Part shown: piece by piece, positions 1 through 10,469 of the stretch
Numbering within the stretch: the first letter of the stretch is position 1
Layout of the letters: each line of letters starts with the position of its first letter
Assembly (NCBI GenBank): GCA_036164375.1
Contig: JAYZJO010000065.1
Coordinates: 3,810-67,809 of the forward strand
Length of the DNA stretch: 64,000 nucleotides
Reading direction: 5' to 3'
DNA from: Chlamydiota bacterium
Lineage (GTDB): Bacteria; Chlamydiota; Chlamydiia; Chlamydiales; Criblamydiaceae
Position numbers and translations under genes: made by a program
Notes under the pieces: generated by a model
The model's input: the letters and a program-made list of their open reading frames with translations, nothing else
Told to the model about the DNA's origin: nothing
The model's database searches: none

Positions 1-729
1 ATATCGTTTAAGTAAGTAACCATATAAATTATAGGCTAAAAAATTTGAAATAATAATTAAAGCTAAGCCTGTTTCGACAAAAATAGTAAAATTTGACGTG
101 GGAATGGGATCCCAGCTCTCTGTTATCGCCGAATGAAAGAGAGCAAAACTTCCCCCAATTAACATACTATACCCGTTTGCTGTCAAAGCGGAATATCCAC
201 CATCGCGTACAACCTGACGAAGAATGATCCACCCGTAAACACTTGATATACAAGCAGCGAGCACAGCAATTTCAGCTAAGGAAAAGAAAAAAACATGGTT
301 TAATCCAGTTTCTGATGAGTCTTGAGCAATAAGAATAGGAAGAAACCCAACACATCCTACACTTAATCCTAACCATTTTTTTCGCGAAAGTTTTTCAGAA
401 AATACAAAATAGGAAATGATCGCAGCGGCAAAGGGAGAAAGGCTATAAATAAAGCACGCTTTAAAAGAACTTAAATATTGTAATCCCCAAAACTCAAATG
501 TATTGGTGAGGTAAATATTAAACGTTGCTAGTAGCAAAATTAACTTGAAATGTTTTTTTTGAATCTTAAGGTTTCCAGGGTTCTTAAAATATTCGTAAGT
601 TAGCAATATTGATCCGGCAAGGAGCATGCGAGATCCAACAAGAAAAAAAGGTTGAGTAAACTCAAGCGCTGTTTTCCCAACAGTAAATACGCTTGCAAAT
701 AAAGCAAAAAGGACAAATACGAGTGCCAT
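1..729 (-). CDS. EamA/DMT-family membrane transporter (start codon at 727-729; 3' end runs off the window)
   Basis: My own minus-strand translation from the ATG gives MALVFVLFALFASVFTVGKTALEFTQPFFLVGSRMLLAGS...GLQYLSSFKACFIYSLSPFAAAIISYFVFSEKLSRKKWLG. The frame is open for all 243 codons to base 1. It has multiple hydrophobic helices in an EamA-like pattern. It is missing from the ORF track because the window edge truncates it. Confidence 0.6.
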   Translation of the reverse strand, partial: MALVFVLFALFASVFTVGKTALEFTQPFFLVGSRMLLAGSILLTYEYFKNPGNLKIQKKHFKLILLLATFNIYLTNTFEFWGLQYLSSFKACFIYSLSPFAAAIISYFVFSEKLSRKKWLGLSVGCVGFLPILIAQDSSETGLNHVFFFSLAEIAVLAACISSVYGWIILRQVVRDGGYSALTANGYSMLIGGSFALFHSAITESWDPIPTSNFTIFVETGLALIIISNFLAYNLYGYLLKRY

Positions 730-1211
730 ACATCATTCTTTGATTATAATTTTAACCACACACAAACCGTGTCAAATTAATTTTTAAACTATTTACTTTT
801 TTGATTAAATAGTTTTTTTATGAATTTCCAATTATACTTTTTTTTGAGTAAAATTGAAAGTTCTATTTTTAGACGAACTGATGGTAGTGCTTTTAAAGCA
901 AGTCTGTGAGCAAATATCATACCTTTTCCTTATAACTCGGTTTGTCTCCCAATCTCTTACCTATGCACCACTTAAAACCCGGTTTGCGTCCAAATCCAGT
1001 AGCAAGGCTTTCGTAAAACAGCATTCTGCTGCTTCAGCCATAGCTTCGCTATACCTTTCACAATCTTCCCCCATCTTGCAAGTTCACTTTTTGTAATACC
1101 CCATTCGATTGAAAAAAAAATTTGATTGCGAGTAATTCTTATTAATGTTTTATATTCATATGATAGAGTGTTATTAACACTAGGAACTACCTGGGTTAAA
1201 CTAAACGACAT

Positions 1212-4085
1212 ATGTTACATATGAATAAGAACGCAGATTCTCGCAGATTAACTGCAACTCCAAAAGAATTTTTAAACACTTTCTTACCTCCATCCTTACT
1301 CATTTCTTTTTGCACTTTTGCCAGCATTACAGCAACTCCATTGCAAGTTGTAGCAATGAGTCCTTGTGAAGAGGAAATCCAACACGCAAAAAGAATCACA
1401 GAGCTATGGAAAGAGCAAGAAACAGACCTTGTCATTTCACAAATCGAATCACTTATCAAGAATTATCCCAACAGTGTTTTCAAAGAAAGTTTGCTCGTGA
1501 TTCTTGGAAACAGTCATTGGGTAAATAAAAATTATCAAGAAGCACTAGTTGTTTACAATCAAATCCAGAGTCCTGAATTTCAAGAACGCATCCTCAAGAA
1601 CAAGCTAGATGCCCTCATTAATACCGGGAACTATTCCCAAGCAATTAATGAACTTACCAGGCATGTTCCGCCTGAAGGGATAGCCCCCTCAACAGAGAAA
1701 GAGGAAATTTACACATATTATTATGCAGAAGCGCTCATGCAGACAGCGAAAAATCACCCTACCGCTAAAAAACGTGTAGAAATGTTTGAAGCTGCAGAAA
1801 ATCGATTTATTAGTTTATTTAATGGTACCTATGACATTAATGCCAGAGAAGGAACTGCAGCATTAGCGGCATACAGAGGGGATGCAGCCAAAGCAAGCGA
1901 AATTTATTACGAATTAGCAAAAAAATATCCAGACCAGAAACAAGTGCTCCTTTATAAAGGAGCAAAAATGTTAGCAAAGGTCGATCCTGAAGAAGCGTTA
2001 TTAACGCTTTCAGAAGCACAAAAGCTAAAGGGCCCTCATCAAAGTGAGCTAACTCTTCATAAAGCGCAACTAATGTATAACTTAGGCTATTATTCTCACG
2101 TCATTGAAGAATTTATCGATATGCGTGAAGCCCTTTCAGCTAAACATCTCCCTTTACTCACCTATTACGTTGGAAAAAGTCTCTACCAACAAAAACAGTA
2201 TCAAAAGTCCTTAGCAACTTTAGAGCCTCTCGCAAGAAATAATTTTTTGTATTTATCTGAAGATCAAACAAGGCAAGATGTTTATACTCATATCATCGCT
2301 TGCAGTTATCAACTCGACGATATAACAAGAGGCGACTACTGGTTAATTCAGTATGAAGAACGCTATCCTAACGACAATCAATTTGCTAAGGCTCTTTACC
2401 ATAAAGCTCACAGCCTAGTTAAACATGATCAATCCGAAGAAGCTCTTACGGTATTGGAAAAAATTGTATGGAAATATCCTAATTTTTCACTTATCGATAG
2501 AGTAAAACACCAACGCAATATGATTCAATTATCCCTAGAACAGTGGGAGGTTGCCCGCTCAAATTTTATATCCTACACGAAAACATATCCGGAAAGTCAA
2601 TTTACACCAATTGTCACAAAAAAAATCCCCTATTGCACACAAAAAATGATTCAAAAAGCGAAAAATCACGGGGAAGAAACAAAAGATCTATACCGCCTCC
2701 TACTTGATGATTTGAAATTGATATCTGACGATTCAAAAGTTGTCACAAAAAAAAGTAAACCTTTACTTGTACTTGCTGAATGCGAAGCTCTTTGTGAACT
2801 AGGGATGCACCGCAAAGCATTGCCTAAATTAACACTATTTACAAAAGCCTTTTCAAAACATCCCGAAGTCTACCGAGCCCACCTAATGCTCGCTCAATGC
2901 TTTTTAGAAGGTTTGAAGGATAATAGTAAATTTATTTTCCATGCTGAAGTTGCCATAGGCCTTAATAACAAAGCTGCCAATAATGGGGCTCTCCATTTAA
3001 AACTATTTAATGCCTATATTCGAGAACTTCAAAAAAATCCTTCTATAGAAATAGAGCAAAAACTTGCTAAATTAACACGGGCAACTGATCATTTAAAACA
3101 GGCTTTTCAAATATATCCCGAAGGTATCTCTATAGAAAATAGACTTTGGCTGGCAAATCAACTCATCAACAATTTGGAAAGAGAACAGATCGATTATGAA
3201 TTTGTTTCTTTAACAAAAAAAGAAGAAATCGAAGCGGTTTCAATCGCTATTGCTGCTTTTGAGACGTTATATGAATTTAACTACCTTCCTGAGCTAAAAC
3301 CTAAATATGTTAATAAATACAAACCCACTATTAACGACTATTTTCTAATGGGAAAATTATATGGTTGGATTGGTCAATCTGACAAAACAATAAGAGCATT
3401 AAATCATTATAAATTAAATATGTCTAACAGAAAAAATGACGCCAAATATGCCGAAACGCTATACATTTTAGGTCAGGTCTACGAACAAAACAATAATCAT
3501 GAAAAAGCTCTTTCTAATTACCAAGAGCTTCTTTCTGTCAAAAAAATCTCACCAAAGCTGGAGTTTGCAGCTAAACTACACCAAGCGAAGATCCAACTAC
3601 AAGATATCCCCATCTCTCAAAGAACTGCAGACAATAAAGCGGCTGCAGGACTCCTCAATGATCTTAAAAGATTACAGGTCCATAAAAACATTAAAACCGA
3701 ACCTATTCATCTAGAAGCAGCCATCGAACGCTCGTTATTTGAATCGCGATTCAGCACAGATGAAAAACAACAAATAACTCTACTTAAACTTCTTAAAGAG
3801 ACAAAAAAAGACTTTATCGGCATGGACAATATTAGTGCCAAGGATTACCACACAAGTAGAAAAAAAATTCCAAAAAAAGCAAAAATTTACCAAACATATA
3901 TGATGTTTCTTGACGGCTATATTTCTCACTTGGAATCTAAACTCGCGACATCACGAAAAGAAGTTAAATGGAAAAAAGAAGCTGCGAAAAGTATTTTCGA
4001 AAATATTATTAAATCTGATGATGGAAATACCTCCTACATCACAAAACATGTAAATGAAGCGTTACAATCCTTAAATAACGAATGA
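1212..4085 (+). CDS. Large TPR-repeat protein with an N-terminal hydrophobic/signal-like segment
   Basis: 957-aa ORF. Helical 34-aa-like repeats recur (e.g. NYQEALVVYNQI, NYSQAINEL, QYQKSLATLEPL, NHEKALSNYQELL). A hydrophobic stretch FLPPSLLISFCTFASITA lies near the N-terminus. Its stop is 10 nt before the next gene. Confidence 0.6.
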   Translation: MLHMNKNADSRRLTATPKEFLNTFLPPSLLISFCTFASITATPLQVVAMSPCEEEIQHAKRITELWKEQETDLVISQIESLIKNYPNSVFKESLLVILGNSHWVNKNYQEALVVYNQIQSPEFQERILKNKLDALINTGNYSQAINELTRHVPPEGIAPSTEKEEIYTYYYAEALMQTAKNHPTAKKRVEMFEAAENRFISLFNGTYDINAREGTAALAAYRGDAAKASEIYYELAKKYPDQKQVLLYKGAKMLAKVDPEEALLTLSEAQKLKGPHQSELTLHKAQLMYNLGYYSHVIEEFIDMREALSAKHLPLLTYYVGKSLYQQKQYQKSLATLEPLARNNFLYLSEDQTRQDVYTHIIACSYQLDDITRGDYWLIQYEERYPNDNQFAKALYHKAHSLVKHDQSEEALTVLEKIVWKYPNFSLIDRVKHQRNMIQLSLEQWEVARSNFISYTKTYPESQFTPIVTKKIPYCTQKMIQKAKNHGEETKDLYRLLLDDLKLISDDSKVVTKKSKPLLVLAECEALCELGMHRKALPKLTLFTKAFSKHPEVYRAHLMLAQCFLEGLKDNSKFIFHAEVAIGLNNKAANNGALHLKLFNAYIRELQKNPSIEIEQKLAKLTRATDHLKQAFQIYPEGISIENRLWLANQLINNLEREQIDYEFVSLTKKEEIEAVSIAIAAFETLYEFNYLPELKPKYVNKYKPTINDYFLMGKLYGWIGQSDKTIRALNHYKLNMSNRKNDAKYAETLYILGQVYEQNNNHEKALSNYQELLSVKKISPKLEFAAKLHQAKIQLQDIPISQRTADNKAAAGLLNDLKRLQVHKNIKTEPIHLEAAIERSLFESRFSTDEKQQITLLKLLKETKKDFIGMDNISAKDYHTSRKKIPKKAKIYQTYMMFLDGYISHLESKLATSRKEVKWKKEAAKSIFENIIKSDDGNTSYITKHVNEALQSLNNE

Positions 4086-4095
4086 GGGATCTAAG

Positions 4096-6012
4096 ATGAG
4101 AAACAGCCAGTCTATAGACCAAAAATTTCTGCTTATTGCAGTCATTAGCACCTTAGCACTCCATTTTGTTGCCCTATTTTCCCTTCAAGGTATGAAAATG
4201 AGCTTCGAAACAGCCAATCATGCCTACATGGAAAATCACTTAGCGAAAAATCAAGATAGACCTTCAGACAACGAAAGCAAACTCATCAAAGAGCGAAATA
4301 TCCAATTGAGCGAAGTGTTTGTTGAGCTAACAAAAGAAAAGTACGATATAGACACACCTGAATTCAATCTTCCCACAAGAACCGAAGACTTCCTTTGCAC
4401 AGAAATTTCTAGCGAAGATCCAACAGACCTAACTTTTATTGAAGAAAATAACCTAAATGATGGTGATGTACTCAACGAGGCTTTCGAAAACAGTCAAGAC
4501 TATGCTGCAAATGAAGAAGATGAATCGGGCGAAAATGACACAGATACCTACGCAGTTAATTTACCCGCCGAAATCTCCCAATTAGTTGCTGTTGAAGATG
4601 ACTTAGTAACGACAGAACTCTTGCAAGCAACCGAAGGCCTTCATGGAGAAGTTATCTCGGAAAATATTGACTCCATCACGGAAGCCCCTTGCCTAACAAT
4701 CGGTACAGTCGAAGGAGACGATTCAGAGGGAACTAGTATCGACACTCGATCAGGAATACTGGATGAGGGAGGCTTTGATAAATACCTTTGCAATGAATCG
4801 GATATGCTACCCCCAGATCTTAATGAACAGTACGATGATGCTGATCTTATCGCTTATACCAGTGAGAATGTCAGCCGCGCAAGGAGAATGGCCCCCATAG
4901 AATCGACAAGCACACGGACATACTCCCCTAACAATCCCATGTCCCTGAAAGACAACAATAACAGCGCAGGTCACATTGCAAGTAGTGAAGATTTCAACAT
5001 TAGCTTAGAGTACACCCCACGAAAAAATGAGGATGGCTACTTATTTAGAGTTATTCTTAGTTCTAAAGAAGGCATCGAATTTAGAAAAATCAAACAAAAT
5101 GTGATCTTTCTCATTGACAGGTCACACTCAATTACCAAGGCACGTTTTGAGGCAAGTAAAATAGCAGTCGCAAAAGCCTTAGAGGAGCTTTCTCCCGAAG
5201 ATACTTTTAATATATTGATTTTCGATAAAAATATTACACAATTATCGCCCTTTAACCTTCCCTATAAACCCGAAAACATTGCATTAGCGAATGAATTCCT
5301 TGAAAATGAAAAGCATGGCGGCATGTTTGCTTCTACAGAGCTATACACTTCTCTTGGAACGATCGTTCCCAAAGTCGTCGCTGAAAATGAGGTCAATACA
5401 GCAATACTCCTATCTGATGGAGATACCTACTTAGCGGCAAATAGACAAAGGTCGGCAATAAAAAAATGGACGAACGACAATAAAGGCAAGGTATCACTCT
5501 ATTGTTTAGCTACCGGCACAAACAACAATTTCCCCATGCTAGATGTCATTAGCGTCTTTAACAAAGGCTCTCTTTATGTGGCTAATAACAACCAGCACCT
5601 CGTAAAGGCTATTACTGAGTTAATGAGAGATATTAAACATCCGATAGGTAAAAATATTCTCACAACCGCCATTTCAAAAGATAAAAATGCTGACGTACAA
5701 ATAGGTCCACCGCAACGAAGATCTCCAAATTTATATGAAAATAAAAATTACACTTTATATGGATCTACATCTTCTTTAGAAGATTTTTATATCTTCTTCC
5801 AAGGACGCTACTATGATAAGCGCATTAATATCAAAAGCCTCGTATCCTTCGATCAAGGACGCAAAGTGACTAACACCGAAATCGAAAAATTGTGGTCTAT
5901 GCAAGAGGCATATCGACTATACGATCAATATATGGTCGACGGTGATATTGGCCATATACACGCTGCAAGAGAATTACTTGAAAAGTACGATATCCCTGTA
6001 GCTTTTAATTAA
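4096..6012 (+). CDS. Membrane-anchored von Willebrand factor type A (vWA) domain protein with an acidic linker
   Basis: 638-aa ORF. It has an N-terminal TM segment (FLLIAVISTLALHFVALFSL), a D/E-rich low-complexity region, and a vWA core. The core carries a MIDAS-like DRSHS motif (VIFLIDRSHSITKARFE...FNILIFD...AILLSDGDTY). Confidence 0.7.
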   Translation: MRNSQSIDQKFLLIAVISTLALHFVALFSLQGMKMSFETANHAYMENHLAKNQDRPSDNESKLIKERNIQLSEVFVELTKEKYDIDTPEFNLPTRTEDFLCTEISSEDPTDLTFIEENNLNDGDVLNEAFENSQDYAANEEDESGENDTDTYAVNLPAEISQLVAVEDDLVTTELLQATEGLHGEVISENIDSITEAPCLTIGTVEGDDSEGTSIDTRSGILDEGGFDKYLCNESDMLPPDLNEQYDDADLIAYTSENVSRARRMAPIESTSTRTYSPNNPMSLKDNNNSAGHIASSEDFNISLEYTPRKNEDGYLFRVILSSKEGIEFRKIKQNVIFLIDRSHSITKARFEASKIAVAKALEELSPEDTFNILIFDKNITQLSPFNLPYKPENIALANEFLENEKHGGMFASTELYTSLGTIVPKVVAENEVNTAILLSDGDTYLAANRQRSAIKKWTNDNKGKVSLYCLATGTNNNFPMLDVISVFNKGSLYVANNNQHLVKAITELMRDIKHPIGKNILTTAISKDKNADVQIGPPQRRSPNLYENKNYTLYGSTSSLEDFYIFFQGRYYDKRINIKSLVSFDQGRKVTNTEIEKLWSMQEAYRLYDQYMVDGDIGHIHAARELLEKYDIPVAFN

Positions 6013-6075
6013 TCGAAAGGATATGATCACCTCTACTCTATAACGTTTTAATTATTTTAAACTTAAAGCTTTCCT

Positions 6076-6672
6076 ATGATTATTATTGGCGGAAAATATA
6101 AAGGAAAACGTCTTTTCACCCCTCAAGGACACAACACTCGTCCTACGTCGAGCCGGCTTCGTGAAACCGTCTTCAATATCGTGCAAAATCGAATCGAAGG
6201 CGCATCTTTTCTCGACCTTTTTGCTGGATCGGGTGCTATGGGATTTGAAGCTCTTTCAAGAGGAGCTGCTCGCGCATCATTTGTCGATAGCGATAGAAAT
6301 AGCGCGACATCGATAAAAAAAAATGCCAATGCTATCGGAGTAAACAATCAAGTAAGTACTTTCAGCGAAGATGTCCTCCATTATATAGAAAAACTGGCCC
6401 GATCAAATCAACAATTCGACATTATTTACGTCGACCCACCTTACGAAAAAAACATTTTATACAGAGGGCATCGCGTGATGCTCAGCCTACTAATCCTTCA
6501 ACTAGTCGATACCGGCAACCTCCTTACCCCTAGTGGAATTTTATTTATCGAAGAAGGAACAAAGATAGAGAATGAGGTTCTTAACTTAAAAAACCTTAAA
6601 TTCAAAAGAACAAAAAAGTCTGGCCGCTCCTTTCTTCATGAATATACTACCCTAGAAAATGCAAGTAATTAA
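6076..6672 (+). CDS. rsmD: 16S rRNA (guanine966-N2)-methyltransferase RsmD
   Basis: 198 aa. It has RsmD hallmarks: RPTSSRLRETVFNI, the SAM motif FLDLFAGSGAMGFEALSRGA, and the DPPY motif (IIYVDPPYEK). Confidence 0.85.
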   Translation: MIIIGGKYKGKRLFTPQGHNTRPTSSRLRETVFNIVQNRIEGASFLDLFAGSGAMGFEALSRGAARASFVDSDRNSATSIKKNANAIGVNNQVSTFSEDVLHYIEKLARSNQQFDIIYVDPPYEKNILYRGHRVMLSLLILQLVDTGNLLTPSGILFIEEGTKIENEVLNLKNLKFKRTKKSGRSFLHEYTTLENASN

Positions 6673-7033
6673 CTGAAACAGAATACTCAATAAAGAGAAT
6701 ATACTGAATAAGTTAACTCATTTGTTAACATTCTCTTGCGCTATGATCTCTTTTAGGAATAATTTTCCAGAATATTCGAGATAATTTTTGAGCCCTTGAT
6801 ACTCCTGCTGCGAACCCGATTACTACCCAATAGCCCCTACGGTAATTCAGTATATCTAAATTTCACTCATGGTCTCGGTGACATCTTTGGTAAATCCATT
6901 ATTGATTTTATTCAACATATATCATCATATATAACAATTATTAAAAACAAACAAAATCTTTATACAAATTTAACATAAAAAAATTATAATATTTATTAAA
7001 AATTAAACAAATTAAAAAACAAGGATGTAAAAT

Positions 7034-7828
7034 ATGACAAATGAAGTAAGTGCCATTCCAAATCAAGATATGGTTCAGCTTAGACAACCAACGTACAATC
7101 GCGATGCAAGCCTACGTACCGCTCTTGGAATAAAACTCGTTCACCAAAATTCTCAACTTTTTATGATTTCCGCTACCGTAGCTGCGCTGATTCCAGAAGA
7201 ATGGGCACAATTTATCGAAAATTACTCGGATGAGCAAATCGCAAATGCTTTTGACAAAATGCCCGATTTACTAAAGAAAAATATAAAGGAACTTTACAAA
7301 GGACATACCCTATATAATCTCGCTGGAGCTGAAATTTTCCTAATTACTTCTACAATAAATAGAGGAGAGCAGATCTTAACAGCTAAACTTGCCTTTCAAG
7401 CCATTAATAGAAGCATGAGGCTTAGTAAGAAAACAGAGGAAAACAGCGACAACATCTCTAATGAAAATAAGGCAGTGAGAACTTTCGGCGATAGAATTAC
7501 GGCAGCAGCAAACACGATCGCTCTAGGACGCATGTCTAGCAAAACGATTAATACCTATGCTGCAAGTGCCGGGGCTGGACTAGCCGCTGTTTTTCCTAAA
7601 AAAGCAGAGCCTATTAACGATAAAATTCAAAGTATGATCAATACAGCCTATGAAAAAATGCCAGCAATCGTCAGCTCCTCTTTACCCTGGTTATATTTAA
7701 CTCACGAAGTGGCTTTAGAAGTTGGCTGTCCAATTGGCTACGGCATATCCACATCCATCAAAGGGTTAGAGCTCGGAGTTTCTGCGTATTTTGGTATGCA
7801 AATAATGATGCGCAATAGGAAGCGCTAA
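7034..7828 (+). CDS. Hypothetical protein
   Basis: 264-aa ORF in an otherwise empty interval. An AGGA lies about 7 nt upstream of the ATG. I recognise no domain. Confidence 0.4.
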   Translation: MTNEVSAIPNQDMVQLRQPTYNRDASLRTALGIKLVHQNSQLFMISATVAALIPEEWAQFIENYSDEQIANAFDKMPDLLKKNIKELYKGHTLYNLAGAEIFLITSTINRGEQILTAKLAFQAINRSMRLSKKTEENSDNISNENKAVRTFGDRITAAANTIALGRMSSKTINTYAASAGAGLAAVFPKKAEPINDKIQSMINTAYEKMPAIVSSSLPWLYLTHEVALEVGCPIGYGISTSIKGLELGVSAYFGMQIMMRNRKR

Positions 7829-7873
7829 ACAGAGCCTAATCAATAGAGAACGGTCTAAACGAGCACACTTCAA

Positions 7874-7903
7874 ACTTTGGGATAGCTTTAGCTATTCCAA
7901 AGT
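7874..7903. terminator. Stem-loop between convergent genes (possible bidirectional terminator)
   Basis: actttgggatagc / tt(t)a / gctattccaaagt forms a 13-bp stem with one G-U pair. It sits between the 3' ends of 7034..7828 (+) and 7931..8662 (-). Confidence 0.4.
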
Positions 7904-7930
7904 TCATTCTCCCTGTTGCTTTTTTAACAC

Positions 7931-8662
7931 TCATTTTTCAATAATTTTTTGCCCTACTGGACTTAAAGAAGCTACCCCCGTTAGTTTCTTTTCAATCGTA
8001 GGAGATCCCTTATATTTGATAGAGCTTGCCCCCGAGGCATTAACCGTCAGCTTGTCTTTAGTATTGACAATGACTCTAGCAGCTCCTTTAGCGTTGACAG
8101 TGGCAACGTTACTTATAAGCTCCAAACCTTGATATTGACCTGCACCAGCAACATCGATTGTCTGCCTTTCTATCGCCCCTTTAACATTTACCGTGGCTGA
8201 CCCTTGAATTTTTAATGTCACTTCATTTCCAAAAAGCTGATGAATATTTACGCGACTTGCCCCTGAAGCTTTAATATCTAGAGAATCAACTTTTAAAAGA
8301 TTTACGTTTGAAACCTTTGCAGAACCGCTGACAGATATAGCATTAACATCTTCGACTGCGAGGTAGTACTTTATAGGCTTTGCGGAACGAATAACTCCCT
8401 TCGTTTGAATGAGCAGCTCTCCATCGGTCACCGTAGTCTCGATTTGAGGTATGACTGACTTTTCTGCTTGAATTTTGATAATCTCCTGATTGATATCGCT
8501 AAAAATAAGCTCTCCAATTCCCTTTAAAGTAACCTTAGAAAAGCTAGGAATATTTCTAATATCGAAAGTGACAAAGTTGTTAGTGTTATTTTCTTCTGTA
8601 AATCCACATTTGCAACAAAGCAAGATAGATCCCAAAAAAAATAATTTAGGTACCAATTTCAT
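7931..8662 (-). CDS. DUF2807/GIN-domain (putative auto-transporter adhesin head-like) secreted or lipoprotein
   Basis: 243 aa. The signal/lipobox-like N-terminus is MKLVPKLFFLGSILLCCKCG. It is followed by repeated beta-strand units (VSGSAKV, IKASGASRV, IQGSATV, VAGAGQY, AKGAARV, ASGASSIKYKG) typical of DUF2807. Confidence 0.6.
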   Translation of the reverse strand: MKLVPKLFFLGSILLCCKCGFTEENNTNNFVTFDIRNIPSFSKVTLKGIGELIFSDINQEIIKIQAEKSVIPQIETTVTDGELLIQTKGVIRSAKPIKYYLAVEDVNAISVSGSAKVSNVNLLKVDSLDIKASGASRVNIHQLFGNEVTLKIQGSATVNVKGAIERQTIDVAGAGQYQGLELISNVATVNAKGAARVIVNTKDKLTVNASGASSIKYKGSPTIEKKLTGVASLSPVGQKIIEK

Positions 8663-8680
8663 TTGTTTCCTCGGATTATG

Positions 8681-9013
8681 TTAGTCACCAAAAAGTGAAT
8701 TAAAACGATCTTCAGGTCCTTTTTTATCTTTTACACTATCTTCTTCTGTTTCACCAAATAATTTTTTCGCAACGTCAGTAGCATTTATATTTTTCTCTTT
8801 AATTTCTTCGGTAGGTAAAAACTCTTCGCAGTAGTTAAAATTTTCTCTATCTCGTATGGGATCTGTATTAGGAACCATGCAACTGTTAGGTAATCCTGGT
8901 TTATAAAAACGACACCCGACGCAACAGTGGAGATAACTATCGCACTCTTGACATACAGCCCTAAATCCTACTTTTTTCTCTAGCAGGTTAGCCCCACATT
9001 TCCAACATTTCAT
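8681..9013 (-). CDS. Small Cys-rich zinc-ribbon-like protein with an acidic tail
   Basis: 110 aa. CxxC pairs occur at CWKCG...CQECD...CCVGC...C...C, followed by an E/D/K-rich C-terminus. Function is unknown. Confidence 0.5.
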   Translation of the reverse strand: MKCWKCGANLLEKKVGFRAVCQECDSYLHCCVGCRFYKPGLPNSCMVPNTDPIRDRENFNYCEEFLPTEEIKEKNINATDVAKKLFGETEEDSVKDKKGPEDRFNSLFGD

Positions 9014-9091
9014 TATTATCGCAATTTTTAATTTACTTTGATATCAGCTTCTTCACCGTAATAATAGTCCATTTCATAAATTAAATCACCA

Positions 9092-10258
9092 TCAGCATCC
9101 CATTTCATTTTTTCCATGGAGAACTCTATGATGATAGGTGATTTTCATTTTTACATTACTAGAAGGGAAGTAATCAACTTGTTCTCCCTCAAACTCGTCA
9201 TTATCGTAATGGTACTCTTTCTTTAACACTTCACCAGGATACCACTCCAATAATTCACCTTGGTACTCTCCTTCAACAAGATTGTATTCCGCTCTTTTAT
9301 TTCCTTCACTATCAAATTCTACAATTGGTTCTTTCAATTTACCTAACGAATCATAATTTGCAACGAGAGCATCTCCGCCATTTTCATGCTTACGATAATG
9401 TCTTCCCACTGGGGTTCCCTTAATATATCGTCCCTCGCCTTCAATGATCTCATTTTGAAAATAAAACGATTCTACGCCATTTTTATTTCCGAAAAAATAT
9501 GTGACACAATAACTCACAGTCCCATCGTCATAAAATTTCCTATGTAAACCATGAGCAAGACCATTGAGGTAATGTTTCTCTTCTTGAACTGTTTTATTAG
9601 AATAATATTGGATTGAAGCTGGACTATCATTATCGTCGTGCAACAAGCCGTTAACATAGTTATATTTAGCTTTTAACGTCCCATCTTCATTCCACTCTTC
9701 TTGTATGCCAAAAGGGTGATTTAAAACATAGGTAGCTCGTTCCTTTAACCTCCCATTTTGGTAAAACTGTTCAGCAAGCCCCTGCTTTAATCCATTTTCA
9801 TAATGTATCCTCGAACGAAGTACGCCATCGGAATAGTATTGTTTAGTTGGGCCTCGTAAAAGCCCTTTGTCATACATATAAATGCAATCAATAGATCCTG
9901 AAGAGGTAAACGATATGCAAGGGCCATGTGGCTGAATACGCTCCCCCGTTTCTTTAACAATAGGATCATTTTCGTCCAACAAGATAAGGTCTGTTTCGTA
10001 TGTCAACGCGCCACTGCAGTCATATTCCATTTTTTTTACGGGAATTTTTTGATCATTTGCACGTTCTGATTTATAGAAAATAACAACTTTAGGGGCACCA
10101 CTAGCATATTCTTCAGAAACTGTGAGTTCCCAATCTCCTTGCCGAGAATTTAATTTTATTAAATCTCTAATGCTAGGTAAATCTTTTGATGGCCGACAAC
10201 TAGCTGACGAACTAAAAACGATGAAGATGAAAAAAGACATCAATGTTAATGACTTCAT
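9092..10258 (-). CDS. MORN-repeat-variant (YwqK-like) repeat protein, secreted; 3' end apparently frameshifted
   Basis: 388 aa with a signal peptide (MKSLTLMSFFIFIVFSSSASC). It has many repeats of the Y-x-nG-x-l-x-G type (YYSDGVLRSRIHYENGLKQGLAEQFYQNGRLKE...). The repeat pattern continues in another frame beyond the stop (see findings). Confidence 0.7.
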   Translation of the reverse strand: MKSLTLMSFFIFIVFSSSASCRPSKDLPSIRDLIKLNSRQGDWELTVSEEYASGAPKVVIFYKSERANDQKIPVKKMEYDCSGALTYETDLILLDENDPIVKETGERIQPHGPCISFTSSGSIDCIYMYDKGLLRGPTKQYYSDGVLRSRIHYENGLKQGLAEQFYQNGRLKERATYVLNHPFGIQEEWNEDGTLKAKYNYVNGLLHDDNDSPASIQYYSNKTVQEEKHYLNGLAHGLHRKFYDDGTVSYCVTYFFGNKNGVESFYFQNEIIEGEGRYIKGTPVGRHYRKHENGGDALVANYDSLGKLKEPIVEFDSEGNKRAEYNLVEGEYQGELLEWYPGEVLKKEYHYDNDEFEGEQVDYFPSSNVKMKITYHHRVLHGKNEMGC

Positions 10259-10469
10259 ACAGAAATCTTAAACCTTCAATTATTATTATCAATAAAGATT
10301 TTAACTGAAGTTAAATGATTCTGTCCATCTTCTTTCCCTTAGACCCCAAACTGAAGCTAAACCTTTTTGAAAAAATGTTGTCGATCTATCGATAATTTGC
10401 TATAAAATGTAACAAAGAGAGAATATATAAATAAATTTCCTACTGCACATCTGTAATTAGAGCGCCCCA

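Noticed and set aside
854-1211. Two overlapping short ORFs (854..1096 + and 972..1211 -) lie in the 480-bp spacer upstream of the TPR gene. The minus-strand one contains a vaguely HTH-like stretch (WGITKSELARWGKIVKG) that could be a relic of a transposase N-terminus.
   Set aside because: The ORFs overlap each other and have no SD or recognisable family. The HTH resemblance is too short and generic. I cannot support a mobile-element call without a database hit or flanking inverted repeats.
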